Origin: a virus
Length of the DNA: 64,000 bases
Direction: 5' to 3' (one strand)
Virus record (IMG/VR): IMGVR_UViG_3300031669_000002
Span: 32,001 to 96,000 of that record
The notes below the pieces were generated by a model. It made no database searches, had not been told where the DNA came from, and saw only the letters and a list, made by a program, of their open reading frames with translations. Within the stretch, counting starts at the first letter, position 1, and each line of letters opens with the position of its first letter. A program made the translations under genes and the position numbers. Below are positions 17,357 through 27,688 of this stretch, in pieces.

Positions 17357-17824
17357 TTATGATATTAGTGAACCAAGCAATAGCCAAGTATCGGTAGCAG
17401 TTTGAATTAAACTCACTGCAACATATTGAGCACCAATTGATTTAAATCCGCCCTGAGAATTAATAGCAACACCTGCGCCTGCTGTTATAGTGACTTTTCC
17501 TGCACCATATTGAACTAAGGTAATGGTAGTTCCTACCGGAAAAGCAACACTTGAATTTGGTGGCATGGTCGCTGTGATAGTTGCTGCATTAGACAATAGA
17601 ACAAAATTACCGATCTGACCTGCATACGTTCCATCTGCCGCTGTAAAGGTATATGTGGTTCCTGTCTGTGAATTAATTCCTTGCGTAGGAAAAGAAGTAA
17701 TACCAGAGTATGGGACGCTCGATGCGGAAGCAGCAGATCCGGTAATGTTAGTGCTGAGAATGTCTCCGGTTTGCAGATTTTCAAGTTGTCCGTTGCTTAA
17801 TACTAAAGGGAGTCTATTTGCCAT
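17357..17824 (-). CDS. tail-fibre adaptor-like protein
   Basis: C-terminal ~95 aa (SQTGTTYTF..GKVTI..AQY.A..LIQ..WLLLGSL) is homologous to the C-terminus of 19772..21769. Confidence 0.65.
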   Translation of the reverse strand: MANRLPLVLSNGQLENLQTGDILSTNITGSAASASSVPYSGITSFPTQGINSQTGTTYTFTAADGTYAGQIGNFVLLSNAATITATMPPNSSVAFPVGTTITLVQYGAGKVTITAGAGVAINSQGGFKSIGAQYVAVSLIQTATDTWLLLGSLIS

Positions 17825-17892
17825 AAGTTTATCTCGATTATATACTATTTATTAGATTTTTATCGAGTAAAAAAATTCTTTAAGCTATTGGG

Positions 17893-19131
17893 TTAGTTTC
17901 TTTGAGCTTGAAATATATTACCTGAAGTATCTATTGTATATACAGAATTTCCATCAGAAGACATTGCTACTCCGTAGATATTCAATGAATAACCGGTACA
18001 CGGAAGATTAGATGAGGTTATTGGTCCAGGGCCAAAACTTTGACTTGTCACTACGGTATATGTTCCTGTTCCTCCTGTACCTGTTCCAAATGCTGTTATG
18101 CGTTGGCTTGCCGCTATCCCTGAGCCTAAAAGAATCGATCCAATGTATAATGTGCCTACTATGCTGGTAACTGTTAGAGTTGTACCAGAAATTGACCCCG
18201 TAAATGAGGAAGATACTAGCGGCGTAAGAGCCCCAGTAGTTGTATTTCTGCTAAACTCTAAGAATCCCTCTGCCTCATTTTCAGCACCATACACATGTTT
18301 TCCATCTGGGGATACAACCGGAGATAAGGAAGTATATGAGTTTATATCGAGGGATGCAGGAGATAAAGCAGTTACTACTCCGGTAATTTGATTTACACTG
18401 TATTGATACGGGCCGTCAGCATAAATGTTTTTATTATCTGGAGATAATACCAAGTTATCTGCTGTCGAGTTTATATATGACGACTGTGTTAATAAATTAG
18501 TTGATGTATTTCTTGAATATGTATATAGCTGAGTTCCGCCGGCATATACAAAATTTCCATCAGAAGATATAGCAATTGATACAATGGACGTGCTTGTATT
18601 TAACGTCCCTAAGTATGAAATATCGCCTGTTGTAGTATTTACAGAATATTGAATAATGGTGTTGGTGTTGCCTATATATAATCCTGTGCCATCGGCTGTT
18701 ATAACCGGTTTTCCTTGTATATAGACACTACCATTCGCGTACCCAAAGAATGTTGATCCAAGTGATCCTGTGCTAGTATTCCTGGTATATTTTCCTGTTT
18801 GCTGTGTATTATTATTGCTAAAATATACATATTTTCCGTCAGGAGAAACGGTGCATGGTCCAGGCGAGCCCAGTCCTGTGCTTACGACTTCTAATAAACT
18901 AAGTTCTCCGGTTGTAGTATTTCTTGTATAAACAGCTATAGTATTGTTGTTTCCTGTAATATACATATTTTTTCCATCGGGAGATAATGCAAGATCGTTA
19001 TTTGAGGATGGCGAGGATGGAGTTCCTGTAGATCCGCCACTAGGAGCAATTCTAAAAGGCGATAAACTAGTTAATATGCCCGAGTATATCTTACCTAACG
19101 ATCTCCAAAAGTGTCCAAATACGGCTGGCAT
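17893..19131 (-). CDS. beta-propeller (lactonase/YVTN-like) virion-associated protein
   Basis: Repeated (L/V)SPDGK(N/Y/H)(M/V)Y and Y(T/S)RN.TTG.L blades. Confidence 0.75.
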   Translation of the reverse strand: MPAVFGHFWRSLGKIYSGILTSLSPFRIAPSGGSTGTPSSPSSNNDLALSPDGKNMYITGNNNTIAVYTRNTTTGELSLLEVVSTGLGSPGPCTVSPDGKYVYFSNNNTQQTGKYTRNTSTGSLGSTFFGYANGSVYIQGKPVITADGTGLYIGNTNTIIQYSVNTTTGDISYLGTLNTSTSIVSIAISSDGNFVYAGGTQLYTYSRNTSTNLLTQSSYINSTADNLVLSPDNKNIYADGPYQYSVNQITGVVTALSPASLDINSYTSLSPVVSPDGKHVYGAENEAEGFLEFSRNTTTGALTPLVSSSFTGSISGTTLTVTSIVGTLYIGSILLGSGIAASQRITAFGTGTGGTGTYTVVTSQSFGPGPITSSNLPCTGYSLNIYGVAMSSDGNSVYTIDTSGNIFQAQRN

Positions 19132-19132
19132 A

Positions 19133-19606
19133 CTATACTATCCCCATTAGTGTAAACCCAACATTTGCTAATGTAGAGTCGGCAGGTGATGGAGCTTCTA
19201 CAGATAAAATATCTCCTATCAAAAAAGAAGTAGCAGTTGATGAAAAGGTAGCTGATGTTGACGCCGATGGGAATAACATTGAACCGAAAGAAGATCCGTT
19301 TTTATTAAGATAGAAAACTGCCGTTGATGTGGGCGCGGTTATTGCCACACAATAGCTACCTGATACATTGGCAGCTAATGAAAAAGGTCTAACTGCAACA
19401 AAATTAAGTATTTTTTCTCCAGAAGTTAATAAGCTACTGGCTCCACCTACTATGTCATATGGTATTGTTACCCACGTATTTGCCCCAGTTAAAAATGTTG
19501 AGCTTGTGGGTGATCCAGACCCCAGTGATGTAGGATCAATGTATTGCCCTGTTCCTGCTGGAACTATATTATTACCCACTAAGATTACTGGTTGAATGAG
19601 TGCCAT
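19133..19606 (-). CDS. putative tail-fibre-associated protein
   Basis: [18 protein letters not shown] motif typical of fibre proteins; upstream ATAAATA. Confidence 0.65.
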   Translation of the reverse strand: MALIQPVILVGNNIVPAGTGQYIDPTSLGSGSPTSSTFLTGANTWVTIPYDIVGGASSLLTSGEKILNFVAVRPFSLAANVSGSYCVAITAPTSTAVFYLNKNGSSFGSMLFPSASTSATFSSTATSFLIGDILSVEAPSPADSTLANVGFTLMGIV

Positions 19607-19635
19607 TTTGTATTTCCGATTATACTCTATTTATG

Positions 19636-19770
19636 CTAGAGAGTTATTGACCAGGTTCCCACTGTAGTCCAGTGATATACATAGTCTGTTCCTACTGTTG
19701 TGATTGTTGCTGGAGTGAGCATAGCTGGATTAGATGATGCTACTATCCACACTCCGTAATTTTTAAACAT
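19636..19770 (-). CDS. 44-aa ORF resembling a C-terminal virion-protein fragment
   Basis: Read by hand: MFKNYGVWIVASSNPAMLTPATITTVGTDYVYHWTTVGTWSITL*. ATG 1 nt after the stop of 19772..21769. Confidence 0.45.
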   Translation of the reverse strand: MFKNYGVWIVASSNPAMLTPATITTVGTDYVYHWTTVGTWSITL

Positions 19771-19771
19771 A

Positions 19772-21769
19772 TTACGCTGCCAATGAACCGATTAAGTACC
19801 ACACATTAGTAGATTCTTGAATCAACGTTGCTGCTCCGTATTGTGCTGAGATTGATAAATATGACGAGACTGAGTTAACAGTAACGCCAAGTGGTGAAAT
19901 TGTTACCTTGCCAACACCTTTCTGGATAAAATCAATGCTTGCACCAACTGAGAAACCAGTTACTGAGCTAAGTGTTACTGTTACCGCAGATGCATTGTTA
20001 AATGCAGTCATTGTGTTATAATTTGCATCTGATAGGGCAAAAGTATAAGTTGTGCCTGTTTGTTCATTGAAAGTTGATATAGCTGGTGATGCCCAAGTTG
20101 GAACACCGCTTACGATCGTTAATACTTGACCAGTAGTACCAGCAGTTACTTCTGTTAACGCACTTGTTCCATTACCAAGTAATAGTGCATTTGCTGTTGT
20201 GCTTGCTTTTCCTGTACCGCCGTTTGCTACGTCAATTGTTGTGCCATTCCAAGTACCAGTAGTAATTGTGCCTACAGTAGAAATCGACGATTGACCAACA
20301 TAGATATTACTAATATCTACTACAAGGTTACCTGAAGTAATGTTGGTCGTAACTCTATTCAAAGTACCAAATATGTTAATTGATCCACCAAGAGTAAATA
20401 CGCCTGAACCTGTATCAGCATCAATTGTTCCTGAGCTGTTTACCAACATTGCATTTGTAACACCAGCAGTTGGGATATATAAACCAGTTGCATCTTGTGT
20501 TAATCCACCAGAAGCTGCTAACAATACTCCTAACTTAGCTGCTGCGTTTGCGCTTCTTGTTGAGCCATCCTCTGTTAAGAATAACGCACCTGAAGTTGTT
20601 GAATATAGATCAATACCAACGTCGCCTGATGGTACAGGAGCAACACCAGCACCGTATATTACTGAGAACTGACCGCCAACTAATTGTAAACCTGTTCCTG
20701 CTGTGTACGAACCTGCACCGCTGAACTGTGTAAAGGCAATTGGATCTGTGCCAATTTTAATTGCGTCTACTGGTGATGTACTTGTTCCTACATTAGTTTG
20801 TGTCCAACCAGTTTTAGCATAAGTTGCACCCTCTGAAACATACACAAAGTCACCAGCAGCAACTTCGCCTGCTGTGTGGTCGTTGTAATCTGTTGCACGA
20901 GTTAAGACCCAAGAAACGCCTGTTGCTGCATCAGTTGTTAATGTGTATATACCGTTTTGTGTTTGATCTGTTTGACCAGCTACTAAGACACGAGCACCAA
21001 CTGTTACTGTGTAGCTATCAACAACAAGAGCAACGTTAGCTGTTGTCGCTGTTAATGTTGCGCTAATACCTAAACCACCGCTTGCATCGATTCTTCCAGC
21101 TGTATAAGTAGCAATTAAGTTACCTGTTGATAATGCATCAACTGCTGCGTGTACATTTAGTGACGAAGCAACTGCGTCGACGTATGCCTTGTTAGCTGCA
21201 TCAGTGGAAGCAACTGGTGTTGGTACACCATTGATTGTTGCGCCGCCAGTAAATGTAACGTTACCGCTTACTGAACCACCCGTTGATGGCAAGTAATAAG
21301 AACCAAGTACGCCTGTCAGGTCGCTTTGTACTACTGCGTTTGCTTGAGTTACACGACCATAAGAATCAGTTGTGAACTTTTGGAAAGTACCGCCAGATGT
21401 TTGAGTAACAGTAGCTAAACCAATTGTTGGGTCAGATATTGTTCCTCCGATAACTGTTTGGCCAGCTACTGGTGTAATGTTACCTGTTGTAAATGTATCT
21501 GTACCTGTACGAACAACTGTACCAATTGTTGATAAGCTTGATACGCTTACTAGGTTGTTGCTTAATGTGAATCCAAATGTACCTGCACTTGTAATTGACG
21601 CTGATGTTCCGTCATTTACTGATAAGCCAGTGCCAGTTGTAGCAGTAATAGAAGTTACTGTACCGTTTGTTGCTGGTGCTGCCCATACTAGTGAACCACC
21701 GCTAACTGTTAATACTTGGCCAGCAGTACCAATAGGCGTTATGCGAGTATTTTTAAGCGATCTTCCCAT
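19772..21769 (-). CDS. tail fibre / structural protein (665 aa)
   Basis: G/T/S-rich; DAANKAYVD..RVLV..QTDQTQNGIY..WVLTRATD..GDFVYVSEG module; GTTGQVLT repeats. Confidence 0.75.
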   Translation of the reverse strand: MGRSLKNTRITPIGTAGQVLTVSGGSLVWAAPATNGTVTSITATTGTGLSVNDGTSASITSAGTFGFTLSNNLVSVSSLSTIGTVVRTGTDTFTTGNITPVAGQTVIGGTISDPTIGLATVTQTSGGTFQKFTTDSYGRVTQANAVVQSDLTGVLGSYYLPSTGGSVSGNVTFTGGATINGVPTPVASTDAANKAYVDAVASSLNVHAAVDALSTGNLIATYTAGRIDASGGLGISATLTATTANVALVVDSYTVTVGARVLVAGQTDQTQNGIYTLTTDAATGVSWVLTRATDYNDHTAGEVAAGDFVYVSEGATYAKTGWTQTNVGTSTSPVDAIKIGTDPIAFTQFSGAGSYTAGTGLQLVGGQFSVIYGAGVAPVPSGDVGIDLYSTTSGALFLTEDGSTRSANAAAKLGVLLAASGGLTQDATGLYIPTAGVTNAMLVNSSGTIDADTGSGVFTLGGSINIFGTLNRVTTNITSGNLVVDISNIYVGQSSISTVGTITTGTWNGTTIDVANGGTGKASTTANALLLGNGTSALTEVTAGTTGQVLTIVSGVPTWASPAISTFNEQTGTTYTFALSDANYNTMTAFNNASAVTVTLSSVTGFSVGASIDFIQKGVGKVTISPLGVTVNSVSSYLSISAQYGAATLIQESTNVWYLIGSLAA

Positions 21770-21772
21770 TTT

Positions 21773-22093
21773 TTAAATTCCTATTGAACTTATTGTAACA
21801 ACTACGTTTCCGTCACCAGAAGCATCTGCCCATATTGCATCGCCATCTGACAAAAGTAGTCTTTCAGTAGCAACTATATATGTATCGTTTGATAAAATTG
21901 ACAAATTAGAATAAAATATGTTCAGCCAGCTAGGACCAAGACCACTCTGTTGGAGGAATGGCACTAAGTGAACATTAATTGAAAGTGTATTAGGACTCAG
22001 ATTACAAAAGTACATGGTTGTAATCGCTGAGTTTCCGGTACTCGAATAGACTTGGGAGACTGTATTGCTTAATATATTATTTGAAATCGACAT
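21773..22093 (-). CDS. virion structural protein (hypothetical)
   Basis: SAITTMYFCN...ERLLLSDGDAIWA pattern; lies in the late operon. Confidence 0.65.
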   Translation of the reverse strand: MSISNNILSNTVSQVYSSTGNSAITTMYFCNLSPNTLSINVHLVPFLQQSGLGPSWLNIFYSNLSILSNDTYIVATERLLLSDGDAIWADASGDGNVVVTISSIGI

Positions 22094-22104
22094 GTTGTAT
22101 TATC

Positions 22105-22674
22105 CTAAAATATTATTGAGTAAACGAATGCTTTACTCTTTGTGATTAGTTCTTCTCCTGTTGCTACCTCGTTGGTGACATATACTCCAGAACCACCTGC
22201 GGCCGGAACATTGGCATATATTAGATTGTACCCTGGAAGATTTGTTCCTGGACCAGGAGATATCTCTAATAATTGTATTACAGAATTAATCTCTGTATTT
22301 GCTGCCGGCGTCAAAACAATGTTATTGCTTATTGATGTTATTGAAAACCCGTTTACTGTTAAGTTTCCACCTAATGTAGGGTATGGGTCATCAACCACTG
22401 CTCCAATACCTGTTCCAATGACTGTAGAAATAGGAGAATATGTAAAGCCATCATTTGATAGAGACCATTTATGTGTAGAATTATCCCATACTATGGCTCC
22501 CATTGTTATGCCAGATACTGCTGTGATACCTGTTCCTGCTCCTGCATCAAATGCAACATTCCCGTGAACGCTAAACAGGGCAGAGCTTAATGTAGGATCG
22601 CCAATCGAGACAGCCGTGTTTCCGGTGGTACCAACAATTGAGTACGAACTCGATATTCTTTTTACATTAGCCAT
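22105..22674 (-). CDS. virion structural protein (hypothetical)
   Basis: AVVDDPYPTLGGNLTVNGFSI and EELITKSKAFVYSIIF motifs; TATAAATA upstream (22695-22702). Confidence 0.65.
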   Translation of the reverse strand: MANVKRISSSYSIVGTTGNTAVSIGDPTLSSALFSVHGNVAFDAGAGTGITAVSGITMGAIVWDNSTHKWSLSNDGFTYSPISTVIGTGIGAVVDDPYPTLGGNLTVNGFSITSISNNIVLTPAANTEINSVIQLLEISPGPGTNLPGYNLIYANVPAAGGSGVYVTNEVATGEELITKSKAFVYSIIF

Positions 22675-22718
22675 AGGATATTCCTGATTATTATGTATTT
22701 ATACGAATCTTGCATTCG

Positions 22719-22746
22719 TAAAAAACGGCAGAGTAATCTGCCGTTT
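22719..22746 (-). terminator. intrinsic terminator
   Basis: aaacggcaga-ttac-tctgccgttt followed by a T-run on the minus strand, downstream of ORF 22765. Confidence 0.75.
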
Positions 22747-22764
22747 AGTAGTTCTATAGTACGA

Positions 22765-23220
22765 TTACGGTGCTTCGTTTGCGTCTGCTGGGCGTGATGC
22801 TGAAGGTAGAACAGCAAAACCATATGATGGAGCATCAAGCAACGAATCAGGTGCTTGATCGACAAAACCCCAGTAGTACTTTGTTCCTGGACGATTTGTG
22901 TCGCTGCCTGTTCCTGTTGTTCCCGTCGAAGTAAAGTCCCACACAAAACGGTTAGTGATTCTGCTTACGTTAAAATTTCCTCCGCCGTGGACAGTAGCTT
23001 GGCAAGACATTTGTCCAACTGCAAGAGTTCCTCCGTCTACAAATTCGCAGATCGCAGTGTTGCCTGCACCGTCGACCACGTGAAACTTTGTGTTGTTTTT
23101 TTGCTGAGTTAGATAGGCCGTAACTGTGCCTGCTCCGAGATTAGCCTGAACAGCAATCTGATCTCTCGACACAAGACTTCTCTCATTGCCGAATTTGTGT
23201 AAATTTAGTGGGCGTCCGAT
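22765..23220 (-). CDS. virion structural protein, probable ATC start
   Basis: AAGGAGAACTAAA-ATC-GGA-CGC-CCA-CTA (xGRPL), in frame with track ORF 22765..23172; no ATG follows the strong RBS. Confidence 0.65.
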   Translation of the reverse strand: MGRPLNLHKFGNERSLVSRDQIAVQANLGAGTVTAYLTQQKNNTKFHVVDGAGNTAICEFVDGGTLAVGQMSCQATVHGGGNFNVSRITNRFVWDFTSTGTTGTGSDTNRPGTKYYWGFVDQAPDSLLDAPSYGFAVLPSASRPADANEAP

Positions 23221-23364
23221 TTTAGTTCTCCTTGAAAAATGATAGTTCTAGTATCTACGTGGAATAACCGTAAACCACATAAGTTCATTGAACACTATTA
23301 TTTATGCCGTAGATGAAAAAACCTAAAAATTATTGATTAAATGGCACAATGTATAAATAACTAT

Positions 23365-24213
23365 ATGTTTAAACAAAACAAATATACGAAATGGTATTAC
23401 CAAATAATTGAATCTTCAAGAATTTCCACAGTAACCGGATATACAGAAAATCATCATATTATACCTCAGTCTATTGGGGGGGAAGATACAGATGTTAATC
23501 TAGTAACATTAAGTGCTAGGCAACACTTCATCTGTCATTGGCTTCTTACAAAAATGACTGATGGTAGAGATTATTATTCAATGATAAATGCATTAGATTG
23601 TATGAGAAGAGAAAATCTATATCAAAAAAGGTATAAGAATAAAATTACAAGTAGAGTATTTGCTCGAATTCGAGAAGAATGCAGAAATCATCATTCTAAT
23701 AAATTTTCAGGGACAGGCAACCCGTCGTCAAAATTATCAAAAGAACAAGTAATTGAAATATATTATTCTTGTGAGCCTACTGGAATTTTAGTTAATAGAT
23801 ATAAAATAAGTGCAGGTCAGATTCATAGTGTGAAAAGAAAAAGATCTTATAAAAAAATAACAGCGAATATATCTGAACCGCCTGGTTCAGGTGGCGGTAA
23901 ATATATTAGAATTCCCTTATCAGATGAAACTATTAGAAAAATATATCTTGAGTCGGGAAACTTTAAGTATTTCAATGACAATTATAAAGTTACTCGCTTA
24001 GTAATTGAAAATATTAAAGCTAAAAAAACATATAAAGAGATTACTAATAACTTAGGAGATCCTGGACAATTTATAAAACATAAGTTTTCAATAGAAGAAG
24101 TAGAAGACATATACAACAGTAAATTATCTTCTCCTAAACTAGCTAAAAAGTACGGTGTTAACTCAGAGACAATTCGTCGTCTTAGAAAAAATAAGACTCA
24201 GATTTATCTCTAA
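23365..24213 (+). mobile_element. free-standing HNH homing endonuclease with C-terminal helical repeats
   Basis: YTENHHIIPQSIGGEDTDVNLVTLSARQHFICHWLL; ATG 23365 is 5 nt after TATAAATA; opposite strand to its neighbours. Confidence 0.8.
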
Positions 24214-24219
24214 AAGATG

Positions 24220-25263
24220 TTATCCAAGGTCCGACATCATATTATACATTTCATCGAACATTGTCTGTACTTCTGACAATTTCTGACGAATCTCGCGGTT
24301 CATTGATTGAACGCGTCTTGGCGGATTATAGTTATTATCTGTTTCTTTCATCCAACCTAACCATTCTTGCGATGATAACACTTTTAATGCTGTTGTAAGT
24401 GCTTCATAAACTTTTGAAGAATCATCTTCAAAATCTACAGAAGATTCATACGACACTGATTCTTTTACTGATTCTTTCCATCCAGATTTTGCTCGTTTAG
24501 CAAAGTTAAGTTCTTTTTCTTTAGTATATGCTTCAGACCCTTTCTTATGTGGTCCACTCTTCTTGAGATTGCTTAGTTCAGAATTGACTTTTGCCTTACT
24601 TTTTGGCATTGTTCCCTTCTTTGCTGGGTTTAGTTTTGCTGATGGTTCCCACTTTTCGTCAAGGTCTTTTGATTCATTGCCTTTCTGCCAACCACCTTTA
24701 GCACGGATAGCAAAGTTCAGTTCGTGTTCTTTAGTATTTTCGGCGCTTCCCTTTTTATGAGGCCCTGATTTTACGAGATTCTTCTCTTGCTTCTCTAGTT
24801 CTGCCTTTGATTTACCTTTGAACATACCTTTTTTGGCAGGATTTAGGGTGACGTCTTTATCCCATTTCTCGTCAAGTTCTTTTGATTCATTGTGGCGCTT
24901 CCCAGCAGCGGCCATTTTTTGGAATTTTTCTTTTCCATATTTCTTACGGCCAATGCTTGCTGCTACAGCACCCGGATCACGAACTTTTGGATTTTTTGCT
25001 ACTGATTTTTCAACTGCGGCAAAGCCTTCGTGTGCTTCGCCCATCATCTTCTTGTAATAATTTGACGATTCGTTGCAATCTTCTTTATCGTCTTTGTTTT
25101 TTTCTTTCTTATAGTCAGACACATCTTTCTTTTGGTCTTTAGCAAGTTTTTTGATATCTTTATCAACTGCCTTGTCACCTTCAGATTCTTCTGCTTCTTT
25201 TACGATATCCGAATATTTACGGAAAAAATCTGCTGCGGATGGGTTAGTATTCTTAAATTCCAT
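24220..25263 (-). CDS. basic modular protein, probable internal head protein
   Basis: Two ~70-aa repeats (EKW...LNPAKKG...KSGPHKKGS...ELNFA.RAK.GW) separated by xxE sites; late promoter and RBS; adjacent to the head genes. Confidence 0.6.
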   Translation of the reverse strand: MEFKNTNPSAADFFRKYSDIVKEAEESEGDKAVDKDIKKLAKDQKKDVSDYKKEKNKDDKEDCNESSNYYKKMMGEAHEGFAAVEKSVAKNPKVRDPGAVAASIGRKKYGKEKFQKMAAAGKRHNESKELDEKWDKDVTLNPAKKGMFKGKSKAELEKQEKNLVKSGPHKKGSAENTKEHELNFAIRAKGGWQKGNESKDLDEKWEPSAKLNPAKKGTMPKSKAKVNSELSNLKKSGPHKKGSEAYTKEKELNFAKRAKSGWKESVKESVSYESSVDFEDDSSKVYEALTTALKVLSSQEWLGWMKETDNNYNPPRRVQSMNREIRQKLSEVQTMFDEMYNMMSDLG

Positions 25264-25293
25264 GATGGTAACTCCTATAACTAGATATAGTAT

Positions 25294-25548
25294 TTATACT
25301 TTTATAAAAGAATTATGCTTTACATTAGGTAATCCCGACAGTGCTAATGTAAGAAATACCTCAGACTCTTCGTCGTAGGTCATTAGAATGGCTGTATTGG
25401 CTGAAACGTTTCTTGCTGAGCCGATTCCTCCGACTTGGATTCCTCGCTCGTCCACTATTTTAGTATCGCGATATTTTGCAAAAAGTTCTTCTGAGGTGGT
25501 GTTGCCCAGTGGGTATTCGAATCGTCCGTAAATCGTTTGTTTAGTCAT
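25294..25548 (-). CDS. hypothetical protein
   Basis: 84-aa ORF overlapping the stop of the upstream HNH gene. Confidence 0.5.
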   Translation of the reverse strand: MTKQTIYGRFEYPLGNTTSEELFAKYRDTKIVDERGIQVGGIGSARNVSANTAILMTYDEESEVFLTLALSGLPNVKHNSFIKV

Positions 25549-26339
25549 TCTACTTTTCCCTTTTTCTTGTATTTTCTTGGCCCTTTATACACTGGACTTT
25601 TAGGGCAGTTATCTCCGTGGTTTCTTGAGTACGATAGTTTTTTTGCTACTTTGCCGCAATGAAGACAACTCATTTCAACCTGCGAATGATGATTTCCTTC
25701 TGCTGCTAATTTCTTTAATGACATTGATAAATGTCTGCTGAATTCTTCTGATTTTGGTTTATCTTTTGTCGACGCTGATCTCTTATTTTTTTCTTCTTGT
25801 GACATTGGACCTCTGATGATACCAGTCAATGCTTGTGCGATCTTATCTTTAGTTTCCTGTGTTCTCTTTTGTCCAGTATTTTTTTCTACTCTATTGTCTA
25901 TTTGTTCTTTAGATTGAACTCTACCTTTATTTTTCTTTCCGCCTTTATATTTTTCGCCTTCTAACTTCAACCCTTTATTCCAAGCAGTTCTTCCTGTCAT
26001 AAATTCTGAGTGTTGCTCTGCTACTATTTTTCTAAGGCGAGAATATACCCGACTTGTTATTTTAGTTTCATATCGTTCTTGATACTTGTTCTTGCGTTTC
26101 ATTCCATTTAACGCATAGATCATATTTGCTTTATCTTTACCAGTTGTCATTTTGGTAAGCAACCAGTGACAGATGAAGTGTTCTCGTGCAGTAAGAGTAA
26201 CTAAGTTTTCTTTAGTAGTTGGTCCTCCCATTGATTCTGGAATAATATGGTGGTTTTCGGTGTATGTATCTATCTCACGATTTTGGGCGCGTGATGTTAT
26301 TTGATGATAGTATTTTGTGTATTTAGATTTATTAAACAT
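25545..26339 (-). mobile_element. HNH homing endonuclease with NUMOD3-like region and C-terminal Cys/His motif
   Basis: YTENHHIIPESMGG...NLVTLTAREHFICHWLL; TAWNKG; CLHCGK...NHGDNC; ATG 26339 follows an AAGGA RBS. Confidence 0.8.
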
Positions 26340-26415
26340 TTGTATATTCCTTATATACTTATTTATATAGAACTTCACGTTCTAATAAATAATATTCACC
26401 GACCTATCAGACAAT

Positions 26416-26441
26416 GAAAAGCCCGATTGCTCGGGCTTTTC
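26416..26441 (-). terminator. bidirectional intrinsic terminator after the major capsid gene
   Basis: gaaaagcccga-ttgc-tcgggcttttc. Confidence 0.85.
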
Positions 26442-26483
26442 TGTTTTGTTGCTGTGTTACGATTACAAAAATCTCGTTTAATC

Positions 26484-27662
26484 CTACTGAAACGAAAGAT
26501 TTTTTATGGCTATTTCCCCGAGGTAATCTCCTGCATTCCCAAGCGAACTGGCAGTATTAGTCAGTTCGACATAACCGTATCGTGTTAGGAAGCCAACTAC
26601 TGGTTCGAATGTTGCTGGATCAAGAATAACACCGCTGCTCATCAATGGGATGTATGGGCAGTAGAATGCTGGTGCATCTGCTTCGCTTGTACCTTTGTAT
26701 CCAACTAACACTGGAGTTGCGTCCGATGCATAGCTGTTTACGTAGATCTTCATAGCACTGTTCAATGTACCAACGAACTTTGTGTTTGTTGGAGCTTCGA
26801 ATGTACCTTCAGTTGTACGAGCAAAAGCTGAAGTTGTAGCAGATTGTAGAACTGTTAATGCAGCTGGGGAAACAACAGCCCAGTTACCAGCGCCACGACG
26901 TGTACGTTGTGCAATCTTGTTAGCAACGCGATTGATAAGAACAGCAAGTGCAGCGTGTTCATCACCAACGAATGTTGCAGTACCGCTTACTGCTGATTGA
27001 TCATATGTTTCTTCAGTTGTTGCAAGTGCTGCCAACGAACCTAGGATTTCTTGATCGATTTCAACTGTAATTTCTTGTGCCAACGCTGCCATGATTTCTG
27101 CTTCTACATCTAAACCATGCATTGCTTGTGCATCTTGAGCTGCTTCAAAAGTCCAACGTGCGGACAATTTACGTGACTTAGCTTCAACCACTTGCTTCAA
27201 GATTTGAACGTTGATACGCTTACCTGGAACACCTTCAAGCGTTGCTGTTGAATCTGCACGGCCTGTTGAAGAGCTACCTGAATAAGCTGCTGCAATCTTG
27301 AATGGGCTTAATGCTTCATCGCCTGCTGCAACGGAAGTTCCGTATGGTGACGTGTCAGTCATGTTATCAGCATAGCGCACACGTAGAGTGTGGATCTGTG
27401 ATACAGGACCAGTCATTGGTTGAACACCAATGATTTCGTTCGCAATAACTGTCGGCATTACACGTCGAATTACTGGAAGGATAACACGGTTTAACGTAGC
27501 TACGTTACCGGCTTGAGTACCGCCAGCAGTAGCGTTTTCAGCTAAGTTCTTACGGGTATTTTCTAATACTACTGACATCGAAGTGCGGCGTGAACCTTGT
27601 AGACCTTCTAACAGGGCTTCTTTGGTTTCATTCCAACGGCCTTCTAATAGTTGTTGTGACAT
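26484..27662 (-). CDS. 23: major capsid protein (T4 gp23-like)
   Basis: IIGVQPMTGPVSQIHTLR, VEAKSRKLSARWTFEAAQD, AEIMAALAQEITVEIDQEI, FYCPYIPL, TFEPVVGFLTRYG. Confidence 0.97.
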   Translation of the reverse strand: MSQQLLEGRWNETKEALLEGLQGSRRTSMSVVLENTRKNLAENATAGGTQAGNVATLNRVILPVIRRVMPTVIANEIIGVQPMTGPVSQIHTLRVRYADNMTDTSPYGTSVAAGDEALSPFKIAAAYSGSSSTGRADSTATLEGVPGKRINVQILKQVVEAKSRKLSARWTFEAAQDAQAMHGLDVEAEIMAALAQEITVEIDQEILGSLAALATTEETYDQSAVSGTATFVGDEHAALAVLINRVANKIAQRTRRGAGNWAVVSPAALTVLQSATTSAFARTTEGTFEAPTNTKFVGTLNSAMKIYVNSYASDATPVLVGYKGTSEADAPAFYCPYIPLMSSGVILDPATFEPVVGFLTRYGYVELTNTASSLGNAGDYLGEIAIKNLSFQ

Positions 27663-27688
27663 TTTTTCTATCTCCTAAGATTTTTATT

